A stretch of 63,333 nt of DNA, filler included, from Dirinaria sp. TL-2023a (lineage: Eukaryota): NCBI GenBank assembly GCA_051941275.1. It is 6 parts of 6 records of this genome, joined end to end, with 100 filler letters (N's around TTAATTAATTAA, not from the genome) between each part and the next. Parts side by side here need not be neighbours in the genome. Positions count along the whole stretch, not along the records: positions 42,307 to 52,770 come from JAVEBF010000937.1; positions 52,871 to 63,333 come from JAVEBF010000938.1; 4 more parts are not named here. One strand, given 5' to 3'. Shown piece by piece: positions 51,196 through 63,333 of this stretch (the first letter of the stretch is position 1; each line of letters starts with the position of its first letter). The position numbers and the translations under genes were made by a program. The notes under the pieces were generated by a model. It searched no databases. It saw nothing but the letters and a program-made list of their open reading frames with translations, and was not told the DNA's origin.

Positions 51196-52530
51196 ATGGC
51201 GTATTTTAAGAACATCTTCGGTCACCTAGCAGGTCTAGCAAGCCCGAATCAAGATCGTGCGGACTCGAGCAATTCGTGCGCAAACCCTTCTCTATCTGGG
51301 CGTCCGAATAGTCAACGAATGAGCCCAAAAACACGTACCGCACAATGGATCGATATGCGCACCCCTCGCAACAACGACCAGCATCAATTGACCCAGACGC
51401 CCAGTCCTCTAGGCGTTAAAGGGAGCAAGGTTACGAAGACGATGGCTTCACCTAAGTCAAACGTCAAGTCAGCAGCAAAGTCATCTAAAAGATTTTTCGC
51501 AGTCAGGACCGAGTCCAAACCCGAGAACAAGCGCTCAAGCCTCCTCGGTACTCTCCTCGGCTTTCGCTTCAAGACCGAAGACAGCCCTCCACCTGCAAGT
51601 GATCTTGGCCTCGAAGGCAGCACCCTCGTCGATGATGATATAGCACGCGGTACGGATGCACTGTATGAGGGCGATACCGTCGTACAGGATGACAAAGGCG
51701 ACCTGCACAAGGAAGACGAGCACGATTTTAGCGACTTCACAAAGGAGGAATACTTCCTCTTCCACAAACTCAACGCTCGCGGCGCTGAACCGTTCCTTCC
51801 CAGCAGCTGGCGTTGGACTCTTGATTTCCTGCCTGACGAGCTTTTCACGGCCGACCGGCGCAAAGCATACATCACTCATACCAAGGGAGGCGAAGCAGGT
51901 GGTAAGCTGAGCACTCTTATTTTTCAATGCCCAAATTGATGACGCTCATCGCTGACTATCATGACAGGCATCCATGCGCTCAACAGGCTCATTCAACTCG
52001 GTGAACGTACACGAATTCGCATTCAACAGGCAATCGAGCCCGAGCCACCCATCCACTACGCTCTCAAAGCATACTTCAAGTGGACGATGCGAGACTCCCA
52101 GCTTCTCAAGCGAAAGCACGTTCCCGTCCTCAGCATCGCCTGCGCCAACCGTGGCGAATCCGTCGACTCACTCGTCAGCCGCGTGACGAAACGCATGCAC
52201 GCACTCGGCCGCAAGTACCGCGACATGTGGCGCGCAGACCTCGGAAGTGCCGCCAAACCCGGTATGCAGTACTATACCCGCGAGCTCCCGACCATCTTCG
52301 GGCTCATGATCAAGTACAGCGTCGTCGGCTTCATCACTTACGACGCTCGGTACCCTGGAAAAGCGGTCAGGAACATGGGGACTTGGGATTTTTCGGAGGA
52401 AGGCCAGGATGTCTGGCATGCGTTCGCCGTGGCGGAGTTTATGTGCTGCGCGAGGAATTACCTGATGCGCTTGGATCGTGAGGGTTTATTGGGGCCGGAG
52501 ATGGACGAGAGCGATGATCCGGATGCTTGA
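51196..52530 (+). CDS. Conserved hypothetical fungal protein (disordered N-terminus, folded C-terminal domain), 2 exons
   Basis: ORFs 51196-51939 and 51961-52530 join through intron 51902-51967 (GTAAGC...GCTGAC...CAG). Motifs EPFLPSSW..DFLPDELF, PTIFGL, WDFSEEGQDVW...ARNYL; coding-like codon bias. Confidence 0.82.
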
Positions 52531-52609
52531 TCTTACTTACATTGCGTCGCTGGTTCAGGTGGAGAATCGATGTACAAGGTCTGAAATGGTCAAAAGGATG
52601 CCATTCCCC

Positions 52610-52644
<35 letters not shown>

Positions 52645-52770
52645 GAGGAAAAAGGCAGAAAGCAGCAATCCAATCCGCGAACCAAAAAAATCGTTGTTGC
52701 GAATATGGGCACAGGAGCAAGAGAACAGGAGTTTTTTGGGGGGGGGGAGTTTAGTGCTTGTGCTTAAGAG

Positions 52771-52870
52771 NNNNNNNNNNNNNNNNNNNNNNNNNNNNNN
52801 NNNNNNNNNNNNNNTTAATTAATTAANNNNNNNNNNNNNNNNNNNNNNNNNNNNNNNNNNNNNNNNNNNN
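52771..52870. other. Artificial contig linker
   Basis: 44N + TTAATTAATTAA + 44N. Confidence 0.98.
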
Positions 52871-55800
52871 CAAATGCAGCCCATCAATCTCATTTTGTCT
52901 TCAGGTAATTTTCAATATTCCCCCTGGCCACACCTGACTGCTCTGATCCAATTTTCCAAAAAGTAAAAAGAAAAAAAAAAAAAAAAAAAAAAATCAACGA
53001 CGAGAACGAAGATGTTCGCAAATCGACAGTTGCCCAGCGTAAAGTCAAGATTAGACAAGCAAAGAAAAGAAAACGTGATGAATGAATGAGATAAGATTGT
53101 GGATTTTGTTGATGAATCGTTGCTTTTGCTATGCTGTTTGACATTGCTGTCCTGTTGTCTTTGATTATTTTTGAATCTTGTGCTGCTCTTGACATATATA
53201 TCGATGATTGTTTATAGCAAATAATGATCTTAAGAGAAAGGTTCAGTAAAGACTTGCAAATTATGAAAGAAGAAAATACAGATTCTAGTTCCAAAAAGCT
53301 TATATAGCTTTACAAACCAAAATTTGAAGGATAAGCGAGCTTGCTGCACACTTTCTTCCTCGTGAGCTCAGTTTTCTCTATTCATAACGCCGGATTGCCA
53401 GAATTGAGATCCGGGGTACAAATATATTCAAAGCCAAGTGACGATATTTTTCAGAGCGCCGACGCGGAAAAAATTTTTCAATATGTGCGACATGAGTACA
53501 AAAGCTTCAGCTAGCGGTCTCTAGCCTTATAATAAAACCTGCATAGTCAGACTACGGAGTTCAAAAAAAGTCGATAAATAGTCCCAAACGCACAGCTATG
53601 CCTATGATTTAGGTTGGAAATACCAGGAAACGGGGAAGTTGTTTATTTCATTGTGGGCTCAGGGGAAGAGGGCTGGGCGCGGGAGATTAGATTCTGAGTC
53701 GGCAGCGCTAGGGGTTGTAGTCTATAAGGTGGAAAAGGAAGGGATTTTTTGGGTTTTATTGGTGTTTAGTGGATTGGTTGAGATAGGGATTGAGAGTAGG
53801 GGATTGGATATTGTATTTTATCGATGCTTTAGGTGTGGTCTTCTGAAAATATTTTTTTCAAAGATTAGATATATACGGAACTACCTAGATCACGAATTAA
53901 TCACCGAGAGGCCTGTGGCCTAATGTCTCCTTCTCATCTGTGGGCTGAGCTCATGGTTTGTAAAGGCAGTCTCTACGGATCGAAGAGCAGTGTCTGGGTC
54001 TTGAGTTCCACAGGGTACTTGGGCTTTTTTTTCTTTCCTTTATTTTGCTGGTTGCCTACGTCCATTTTTCCTTTTTGGGAAGAAATATCTACCTACTTAG
54101 ATCTACAAGGATGACGAGAACGCGAGTACAGAGAGAGAGTAGTATTCTATCTAGACAAGGAAAAGGAGATGGGGAGTAACAGGGGACTGTGGGTATTCCC
54201 TGTAGCAGCCTTTTTGGGAATATGGTTTATAAGGATATTGGTAGGATATGGTGGGTATTCTATTTGTCCATGGAAGGATTGTGTGGTTTGTGCAAGCACT
54301 GATGGAAGTAGTCTTGAGGGGGCTTTTTTTCCTTGAAAGTATAAGTAGGAAGCTATTCAGTGTGGTCTATATAGCATATGCTGTACTCTTGTGTACGTCC
54401 ACATCAAGCGTAAAGCGTCAAGTCATCCATCGAAGGAAGGATGACAGAGCTTGTCACCAAATTACAGCGCTCCGTGAAATGCTGGGTTTTGGTAGGCTAC
54501 TTATCGAGAGATTCGTTGGCTATTGTGCTAATGTTAGCTAATAATCCGATCTGGCTTTGTGGTCTGCGGTTTCCAGAAGTAGTCCTGAGCGCTCCATGAT
54601 TAGGATGTAAATTCTTTTTCAGGACAGATATCGAGACAATCGTGGAAGGGGAAGCGTTGGTATGTGGTGAAATTGCCAATAATTTTCGAGTAGTAGTTCA
54701 TTAATAAAATGGGAAAGTCCTTGGATAATCGTATGTGCTAGATGCAACAATAAGAAGGGACCATACTCACGTGTAAGTTTGGAGCAAAGCTAGTATGTTT
54801 AAGTCCAGTGACCTAGCAGAGCAAAGATTGACGGATTACTGATCAAGGCTAAACATCTACTTCCCTGCCTTTGGACTGTCAGGAAAATCTGTCATAGGTT
54901 GTTCTTTCCCAGTTCTGCATACGGCCTATCAAAGAGGCGAAGGCTTTGATCGATGCCTTCAAGCTAGGCAGTACAACTGTCTCCTATTGGGTTTAGAATT
55001 TTAGTCTAGCGTAGGCAAAGTTCAAAGCATCGATAGGTCGGCTTTGAGAAAAATTTTATGTATCCTTGTCGCGAGCTGCAACAGGGATGAACTTTGGAAT
55101 TCCGCATAGAAGACCGACTAGTACGGATAGCAAGCAAGGAAAGCGGGTATGGTGGCAGAAAGTGTCGACTCTGGGTTTGACGCTCACATATTCGATATCT
55201 CTAGTATTATCGATTAATCTCGTGGTTTGTAAAAGATTTGCAAGTTGCAAATGGCCCTAGAGTACAGTATTTTCGACTGTGTCGGCGTCGTGTAGAATTC
55301 TGCATGACCCTCCGCATGCATGAACCGGGTCTGTCTGGTTCTGCGAATCATACTCTTCGTCTATCTCCTGTTTCTCGGGCGCCGGATGACTGTATCTGCT
55401 AGCAACTGGCTTCAACCTTTGGGGTCCTGAAAGCGCGCTCAAGCTTTGCAGAGATTGATGCAATCTCAATCTCGGTACTTTGTGCCAGGATCTTGAGTCA
55501 GGATGGTTGTTTGATGCAAGTATGAGTGATTCATTTTAGATTACATTGGGGGACTTGGTTATGATTACGAGTTGTATTGACTGGTGGAGTTTCTGGATGA
55601 TCCAATAGAGCAGGCTGTGACACATTTCAATATCTCTTTTTTCGAATGTCTTACCAATATTTATTATCTTCTGGTGTCTCTTTCTGCATGTCAGTTCGAA
55701 TAAGATGCTTGCAGTGAATCAGTCTCACCTAATGCGTGGCCGCGATATTCGGATCCACTGACGTAACTCATGGAGAGCCAGGTGGCCGGGTTGCATGCTG

Positions 55801-57209
55801 GTCTACTGGACCGGGGGCATAGGCGCTGACATATATCATGGATCTCCAGGCATGTCGACGCTTGATTTATCGAGTACAATTGTTGTCCTGTGTGGGGCTT
55901 GCACGATCTGGGGTTCGATGTGGAGATGATGGGCTCTGCGGCAAGCTGCGATTGCAAAGCCGACCGCAACTTTATCGGTACATTAATAGCAGAATTTTCG
56001 AGACTCGACATCGACAAGAAGGTACACGCAGACACGTATCATGATGCTTCGTTTTCTTGACGCTAGAGATCTTTTATATGTCAATTCCGTGGGTTGCCGG
56101 TTCCAACAGATGGTAGAGTTGGAAAATGCTACATGTCAGTCTGGTCCAACAACATACCTCAAGGTATCCTCGTCATGAAGAATCATATTAATCAGCGAAC
56201 TACCCGAGTTGCGGGATATCCCGCTTGACGGAAGAGAAAAACTTCCTTTAATGGAAGTTTGCAAATCGCGGTCAGTCGAACTCCCCACTCACCGCTTACG
56301 TTATACGAGGCTTATTAACCAATGATCGCGCGTCGTCAGCAAATCCTCTGATCTCACCGCCTCATCTTCGTGCCTCTGCCGTCCGTCTTTTCCCGTCTTC
56401 TTGGAGCCTCAATTTTGGGGTCCTGTTCCCTTCGATCGGGATCCCGCGATAGTGGATAGGGTTACTTGCGTGATGATGGTGTAGCGAAAGAGGACGTTAC
56501 CCGGTCTCCACGCGCTCTAGGCCAAGTGGAACAACGTGGCTCCCACTCTGATCCCCCTTGACGTGGTAGAACCGAGTATCGACGAGTGTGGATCACATGC
56601 ATCAGGTGTCGTCACTCCGCGCATGAACTCGCAATCCTCCAGCAATCGTATACATGTACTTTATATGGTGCTGATGTAACAGCCTATGTGCCGTGTATAG
56701 GTACCGACTTAGTTGAATTGGATGATTAATCCGAATCACGCTACATCGGACAGCAAAGACATGGCCATGGATTACCATAGGTGCTGATATTCTTGTGCCT
56801 ACTTCTATGCGTAAAGTTGGCAGTTTATCCTTGCGTTGCACACTCTAGCACTAGAAACGTGAATCCCAATTGTGAGCGATCCAGTATTAAGTCATGTCTG
56901 CTATAGGCATCTCGTATGCCATATGGCCCTTAAATGTACTGGACCCTGAAAATCATGCACTCGAATCTTTCGATCCTTGTGGCTTGCTCATGTGCTCGGA
57001 CTCGAATTTTTGAAGTATTCATACTAGTAGACGCACAGCCGCATGATAAAGGAAGAGCTTAGAAAGAACTAAACATCCTACTCAGAATCCTGCCGATATC
57101 GCATGGGTACCCTGAATGAACGGCGCCAAAGATCCCCGTGGACGAAGCTAGTAGAAATCTATAACGAAAGCTGCACGCACGAAATCCCACGTGGCGGAAA
57201 ATTGTGACT

Positions 57210-58749
57210 CTACTGCAAGGAAACTGTCAAGCCACCGCTCAACGACTGGGCACCAAGCTTATACCGCCCTGAACCGAGACTGCGGAACTGAGGTCAGCGC
57301 TTTCTCTGTCCACCACGACGGAAGTCAAAGCGACTCACCTCCAGTTGAGGTTCGACGTGCACGCACATCTGCATGCGTGAAGCCACTTCTGAAGGTTGGA
57401 GTGAAGCTCCTTATTGGAATGGTATCTCTCAAGCAGCTGCTGCGCTGCTACCTCGAAATTGGCAATCGAGACGTGGATCATTTCCAGGGCTTCTGCCACC
57501 GCTCCTTCCAGGGTTCCATGCTGCGTATACAGGATCGGAATAAGGGTGTCGACTTGGCTTTGCATCTGAAAAAATTTATTTGTTAGCTTCTGAAAGCATA
57601 CGCAAGCAGCCTTGCTGCATGGAACTTACGATCTCTTTGCGAAAAGACAGGACGTCGTTCATTCTGTGTGCGCTAGATCAGCTTTCCCATAGACCTAGAC
57701 GGCACGTGGTAACATTCGGGCTAAACGTACGTGGAAACGATAATATTCGTCTCGTGCCATATTGTTTGCATGGCATCATCGGACATGACCTGCGGCGGGA
57801 TGGTTATCCCCAGGCAATACCTGCTTCCAGTGAGCGACAGAATTTCGTTGAAGGGGTATGATGCATACTCAGTGGCGGCTAGACAAACGCGAACGGCGCT
57901 TGAGCCCATTCTGCGCTCATTGTAGTCTTCAACGCTTGGCAGCCCGTTTTCCATTTGTACCTGGTGTTCGACGCCTGACATCTCGATAAAGAATATGACT
58001 TCCTTGAGCAGACACTTAATTTGGGCTGTGTCGATTGTGTCAGCCTCACAAGACTCTGTTTGGGTCTGAAGACGTCTTGATTACCTGGTGTACAAGAGTC
58101 TAGAATTGCGTCGCCAACAGGTCTAAAGCTTGCGATTATGCGGTTGCTCGGTGGTTTTGACGTTTGATCATGCCCATTGGGGATCAGGCACCGCTGCACA
58201 TATTCTATTGTTTGTGCCCGAAATGCCTTTGCTCGGTCATAGTCAGAGATGAGAGAGCTGTATTCAGCAGAGTCACATTCTTTTCAAGGTATCAAGTTAG
58301 ATAAATAATTCTTCCTCGGGTAATGGACGTCCATACCGTCGTCCCATGCGAAAAGCTAGTTGCTCATTAGTGTTTATAGGTCATAGGATGGCTTAGAAGA
58401 GCAGAGGTTCTTGGACGCACCCAGATGGATAGAAAGGCCACGATCCGCAATTGCTCGAATGGCGCATACGGCCACCAAGAGGCAGTGAAAACGTCTAAAT
58501 TCGCTGCTTTCATCTTGCCAACCCTCTCAGAGTCAGGGAAAAGCCTTTGCAATATCATTAGTGGGCTAATAGTTTCGAGTATGGGGAACGGCCAGGCTGC
58601 ACGAACTCTTGATATTTTTCATCACATTCGGTGCGTAGACGGCCAAGATCTGGGCTAACATATTGGGGCCAATGGCTTAGGAGAGCTTGGAAGTCTGGGA
58701 TATGAAGATTTTGTCCTCGAAGAGAGCTCAGAATTTCTTCTCGGTCCAT
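57210..58749 (-). CDS. Class I terpene synthase (probable sesquiterpene cyclase), about 8 exons
   Basis: Spliced product MDREEILSSL...WWPYA...LFAWDD|ECD (DDxxD), RRMGSSA (effector Arg), NDVLSFRKE (NSE/DTE), NW|SLGSGRY (WxxxxxRY); TAG at 57210-57212. Confidence 0.9.
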
Positions 58750-61700
58750 GCTTTCAAGATCCGCTGCTCTCAATGTAGCTGCCCTCTGAAAGTCAAGGGA
58801 GCCATCTTATTTAAGCTCTTTCCGCCATTAGATCACCGCTCTTATCAGACTTGCATATGTAGTACCAGGCCAGCCACCGTGTTCGTTGACCCGGCTACCT
58901 AGCGGTCACCGCCTACTGTTCGCTTGCTGACAAAACGCGAGATGAAGCTAGAGGTGCAAAGTGTCAGGCTGGGTTGAAAATCGGGCTAATAGTTATCGTC
59001 CTCATGACTAAGAAGTCCTTCCAGGAATAGAGCGCGTCCACAGATGGGAGCGATAAACACTGGGGGATGATTCTGATGGTGTATGAATCCTAGGTGTTGT
59101 TGGCTCGCCTGAACAAGGCACCATGCTAGACGGAGAAAATGGGAAGAGTGACCACATATCGCCACGATCGAAATCTTTGTATCCCACAGACGGAGATGGA
59201 GCCTGATCGGTTGGCGACTTCACAGTGGTCTGAGACGGGGTTTAGTCCATAATCACTATTGGAAAGCACTAGCGCTGGCAGGCTTTCATGACACAACAAC
59301 CCAAGAAAAAAGCGGTGTGGCAAATATATCTTTGACTTGCATGGGACCCAGAGTGCAGCTAGTAGAAGGTACAATGGGAGGCTTGATTAGTGCCATTGTC
59401 TATTGGGGGCAAGGAATGCGGTAGCGCGCTAGCGATCTAAATGGAAGACTGGTAATCTTGCGGTGCATCATATTGCGGCACATCAGGCGAGAACGCCATT
59501 TGAGAAGAAAGGATCCTCATCTGAAAAAGAGTGGGTGCAGACTCTGGTAGTGCAGCGCTATCTTATGAACAAACGCTTGCTCTGCCGATGACGACATAGA
59601 ATAATCACTTGCAAACCGCCTCATTATAGCGATTGATAGATGAGAGCGAAAAGAACACGGCCATTGAACGCAAGGACTGAAAAAGGCATTGAAGTTATCC
59701 TGAAGTCAAACAATAGTAGAAAGACTAAGGTACGGTAAGAGAAAATAGAAGAAGTACACAGAGAGACTTACATTGTTGCCAAGCCATCAACAAATGACGT
59801 CATGCCTCGCCTGGACCTTCCCTATCACGCTAGTAGGAGTACAGTAGAGCCGGCCCCGATAGACCGCGAATAAGCGCGGTTCCCGGAAGCCCAACCCTGG
59901 TAAAGTGATTACTATCGACCTTTACTGCTGCCTTGAGAAGCTGTGATTGAACAGAATCCATGCTGATAAAGCACAACGAGAGGACATCGGTGCTCTTCTG
60001 CACATCTACCCGCTTGGACAGCGGCAGTGGGCGGCTCATGTGTACAATTACAAGCGCTCTCATGTGGCAATTTTAATGCATTCATTCCCTTGCAAGAAAG
60101 TGTTCGTCAAGAGCCACCAAACGCAAGTAACTTGATCGGATGCTCGTGGAGCATTGTGAGCAAAGAAGCATCTCAGGCTCTTTCCAAGTGGGACTTGCAT
60201 GTGGAAAGACATACGTACGTACCATATGTTTGCATAGCCAGGGTTGCACTTATCAAGGTGCATAGTCGACATCCACAAGGCATACACGGTAAGTCTGCCC
60301 TTATCGGCAGACATTGCTGCTTGTCGCCTTTCCTCGGTCATGCGCTCGCACACGCTAGAAGCTAGGAAGCGCTACGGTATTCCGCGGCTTACTCTACTAC
60401 GGAGAATATCTGAATCTGGACTAGGATCGACAGTCATAAGATCGGAATTAAGCTCGTGAATCAACCCGGCGGCAACGCTGCGTCTTTTCGCATGGAGCTA
60501 AAGTAAGCTGACCCCCTGCAATGAGGACTGGTATTGACTCCACAGACCTTTCTCATATCTGTCTTGATAGAATCGCCACCAAGCACCATTTATGACGATA
60601 CGGAGGTTCATGCAGCTGTGTAACCTCGACTCCACATAGGCGCCCATTCTGATTCGCTACTTTAATTTCTTCTAGTGCATCCACGGCTAGTGTAGCAATG
60701 CAGAGTTTTCATTTCCTACCTCTGCGTTTTTGGATTCTATTGTCGCTGGAGGTGGAACTCCCAGCTAACGCAGCTATCCAGATCAATGACCCAGTTGAAC
60801 GCCAACGTGTCAAACAGGCTGCTCTTTTGGACCCTCAATTGCTCTGCCTCCTGCTAAATGCCCCGTTCCATCAACTGAGCAATGGGTTTGCCAAAAGAAG
60901 CAATTTCTAAATTGTAAATCCATAGGTTGCTCCTTTACCGAATAAGGCTGATACGATGGCCAATTGGGAAATAGATCGGCAGGCGTCAACTTGCAGCCCG
61001 AGTTCTTTCGGAATTTACTGCCCCGTAATTAAGTGACAAGTACTGACGCACCCAACGAAGACTATGAACTATGGAGCAAACAAACACTCTTTGGAGAAAA
61101 AGAAAAAAAAAAAAAAATCTCTTGTGTCACATTGAACACTATTATTCAGAAGATTTGCAAAAGGTATAATGGCTTTGAAGCTTTGATAAACATCTAATCG
61201 TGTATGAAGGACTCACGCTGCCCGTATACCAGATATTCACCCTTGGTGCAAGCTGGCTTCCGCATCATTCCTGGAAGAAATCGAGCAATGTGGAGTCGCG
61301 GATCGGCAGTCGAGAACATTTAGACACTGCGTTCGACCTATCCAGTGTGCATCGGGTTCGGATCACATTGGACAGTGGAAAAGAGGCCACTGATATCGGA
61401 CCGCGTGATGGCGGCATTCCACCGGTCAAGGGTGAAGGCAGTATCACTTCTGGCCCTTGTAGAGCTTCTCAACTTCTGTCGTCTTAGGTTGGACTAGCTG
61501 ATGAGCTGCAAAAGCATAGCCTACCACTTACTCATCGAGTCCCACTGTGGGTTTGGATCGCTTCGAGCACCAATCTGCTGGCCACGCTAAAGGCTCGCTT
61601 AATACTGTTACCTGCCAAAAGAACAATAAGCGACGGATCATGATCCGATCATGCTGCTCAAACCACCTATTAACCGTGCACCCCAGTCAACCCGGCTCGC

Positions 61701-63333
61701 TTAAGCCTGCATGAGCAGTAGTCGAGATATAAGGTTAAGGGTTTGCTAGAAGTTTCGTTATCTTTACGATACCTCCTTTATTGCAGTGTCTCTGGATTCA
61801 TAGACCTGGAAAGCGGTTCAAAACCTTTTCTTTACCGACAAAGATTGACATCGATGACAAAAGGTACTTGACTTTAAATGCTAGAAGCTGTATTAGCTTC
61901 ATAGTCGATTTTGCATGTATTTGATTTCAATCATCGTTACTCGTGAGAGTACCTCATCACAAAACCAAGGCGTCTGCAACCTTATGTCGACTGCAGATAG
62001 GAGATGTCGTCCAGTCGACACCAAATCTTACGTAATCGCTTGGTTCCTTAATCTTTCATGGCTTTGTCGATTAGCGAGCGATCGTAGTTCCGGCCTCGCG
62101 TATGAAGGGGGATGACCTGTCATAGACCTCAGTCTCACCGCCTGTCTCCTTTCTGCAGTCATGGCGGCCGACGCTGGTGGTCGGAACTGCGATGAGTGAA
62201 AATCCGATAGCCGATCTAACATTTTACATCCTTGAAAGCCACAGATATATGAGAAGCATGTCATTTCTCTCGTCTCGAGGGTACACAGTCTCGTCAGGCC
62301 AGAAAGTCGAGGCTTCTCACCCTGTATGAAAATGCGTCGCGTCAACCTACCTCATCTGGGACAATGATCAGGCAGCTCCAGTAGAGTGTAGGGAAACACT
62401 CGATGCTACTGCACCATCCCATGCTGGAAGGTGTAGCACGCAGCATTCGCTCATGTTGTGTCAATCAGACTTGCTGGTGGGGACTATTTGAGATGTATTC
62501 TAGAGAGGCGTGGAAAAAATAAGTCAATCGCACAGTGGACCAAACATGCTGTATACTGCATGAACGTGCTTAGAAGAGTGCAGTAGAACTTGATACTCTT
62601 AAATTTTGGGGCAAACGCCAAGCAGCCCCTAGGAAAAATAATATTTGTATATCGAACAAACTCATCACTCAAAATTCGAAGAAACTGAAAGTAATTACTT
62701 AGCTTTGATCCGATGCGGAATTGAGTATTAGCAGCATGACTAGGCTCTATAATAGTGGTACTGTTGCTGATCTGATTCAGAGCTCTCTCATCTCCACAAA
62801 GTCAACATTATAAGATTATGAAACTCCTACCAGGGACAACACTAAAGCTGTTCTCCACCTTATATCAAACCTGGTACACTGATCTCTAGTGAAGGGTGCA
62901 CAGGCAGCACGTAAGTCCCAGGCTGGACTGTAGCTGCCTATACGCCATCTGGGATATGAATCTTATCTGCGGCTTTTACATCTTAGAAAATAAACACTAA
63001 AGGGACCGAGGTATCGTTCGTGATACTCCCAGCTGACAGGTGGGGTAGGTACCTGCTGTCTCAGAGACATTGGCCTTGTAAATTCATAATCGTGAGGAAT
63101 AGAATAATGAGAGACGAGATCCAGACCGCGGTCCGTCTTTTGGATGGGTCTTCGGCCCGCCGAGACTTGTTATGCAGAAGACTTGGCCCGAAATGAGCTG
63201 GTGCGGCGTAGTTTGAAATTGACTGAGGCCCGGTGCTGTCGAATGAACAATCTATTTCAGTAAAAGCAATTGGGGCCTGTGATTGTTCCCCTAGGCATGA
63301 TCGAGATGTACATGGTTCCCGGACCTTGAACTC

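Noticed and set aside
37728..58749. FAD oxidase as a tailoring enzyme for the terpene synthase
   Set aside because: Two linkers separate them; there is no evidence of physical linkage.
59000..63333. Scattered 60-110 aa ORFs upstream of the terpene synthase
   Set aside because: No recognisable motifs, codon bias or coherent exon chain.

Overview
Intron-containing filamentous ascomycete (Pezizomycotina) DNA, possibly lichen-associated. It is not one locus. Five identical 100-bp linkers (44 N + TTAATTAATTAA + 44 N) join six contigs in decreasing length order (10492, 10478, 10470, 10466, 10464, 10463 bp), so neighbours across linkers mean nothing biologically. Contig 1: partial EMC10-like gene, GH65 acid trehalase, NSE1, DUF427 protein and an aromatic amino acid decarboxylase. 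Contig 2: DUF985 cupin, secreted GMC oxidoreductase and an aromatic ammonia-lyase with an unusual His-His selectivity motif. Contig 3: an uncharacterised protein with a possible split GIY-YIG-like motif set, an 84-aa spliced hydrophilin-like gene missed by the ORF track, a BOR1-type borate transporter and a DEDDy exonuclease fused to zinc-binding modules. Contig 4: repeat arrays (including 4 x 88 bp units that look like duplicated exon+intron cassettes), an orphan two-exon gene, a secreted FAD oxidase and COX18. Contig 5: an HNH pseudogene, a small secreted Cys-containing protein, a 1028-bp TA-flanked MITE and a conserved hypothetical gene. Contig 6: a standalone class I terpene synthase. All family calls come from reading motifs by eye; no database search was run.
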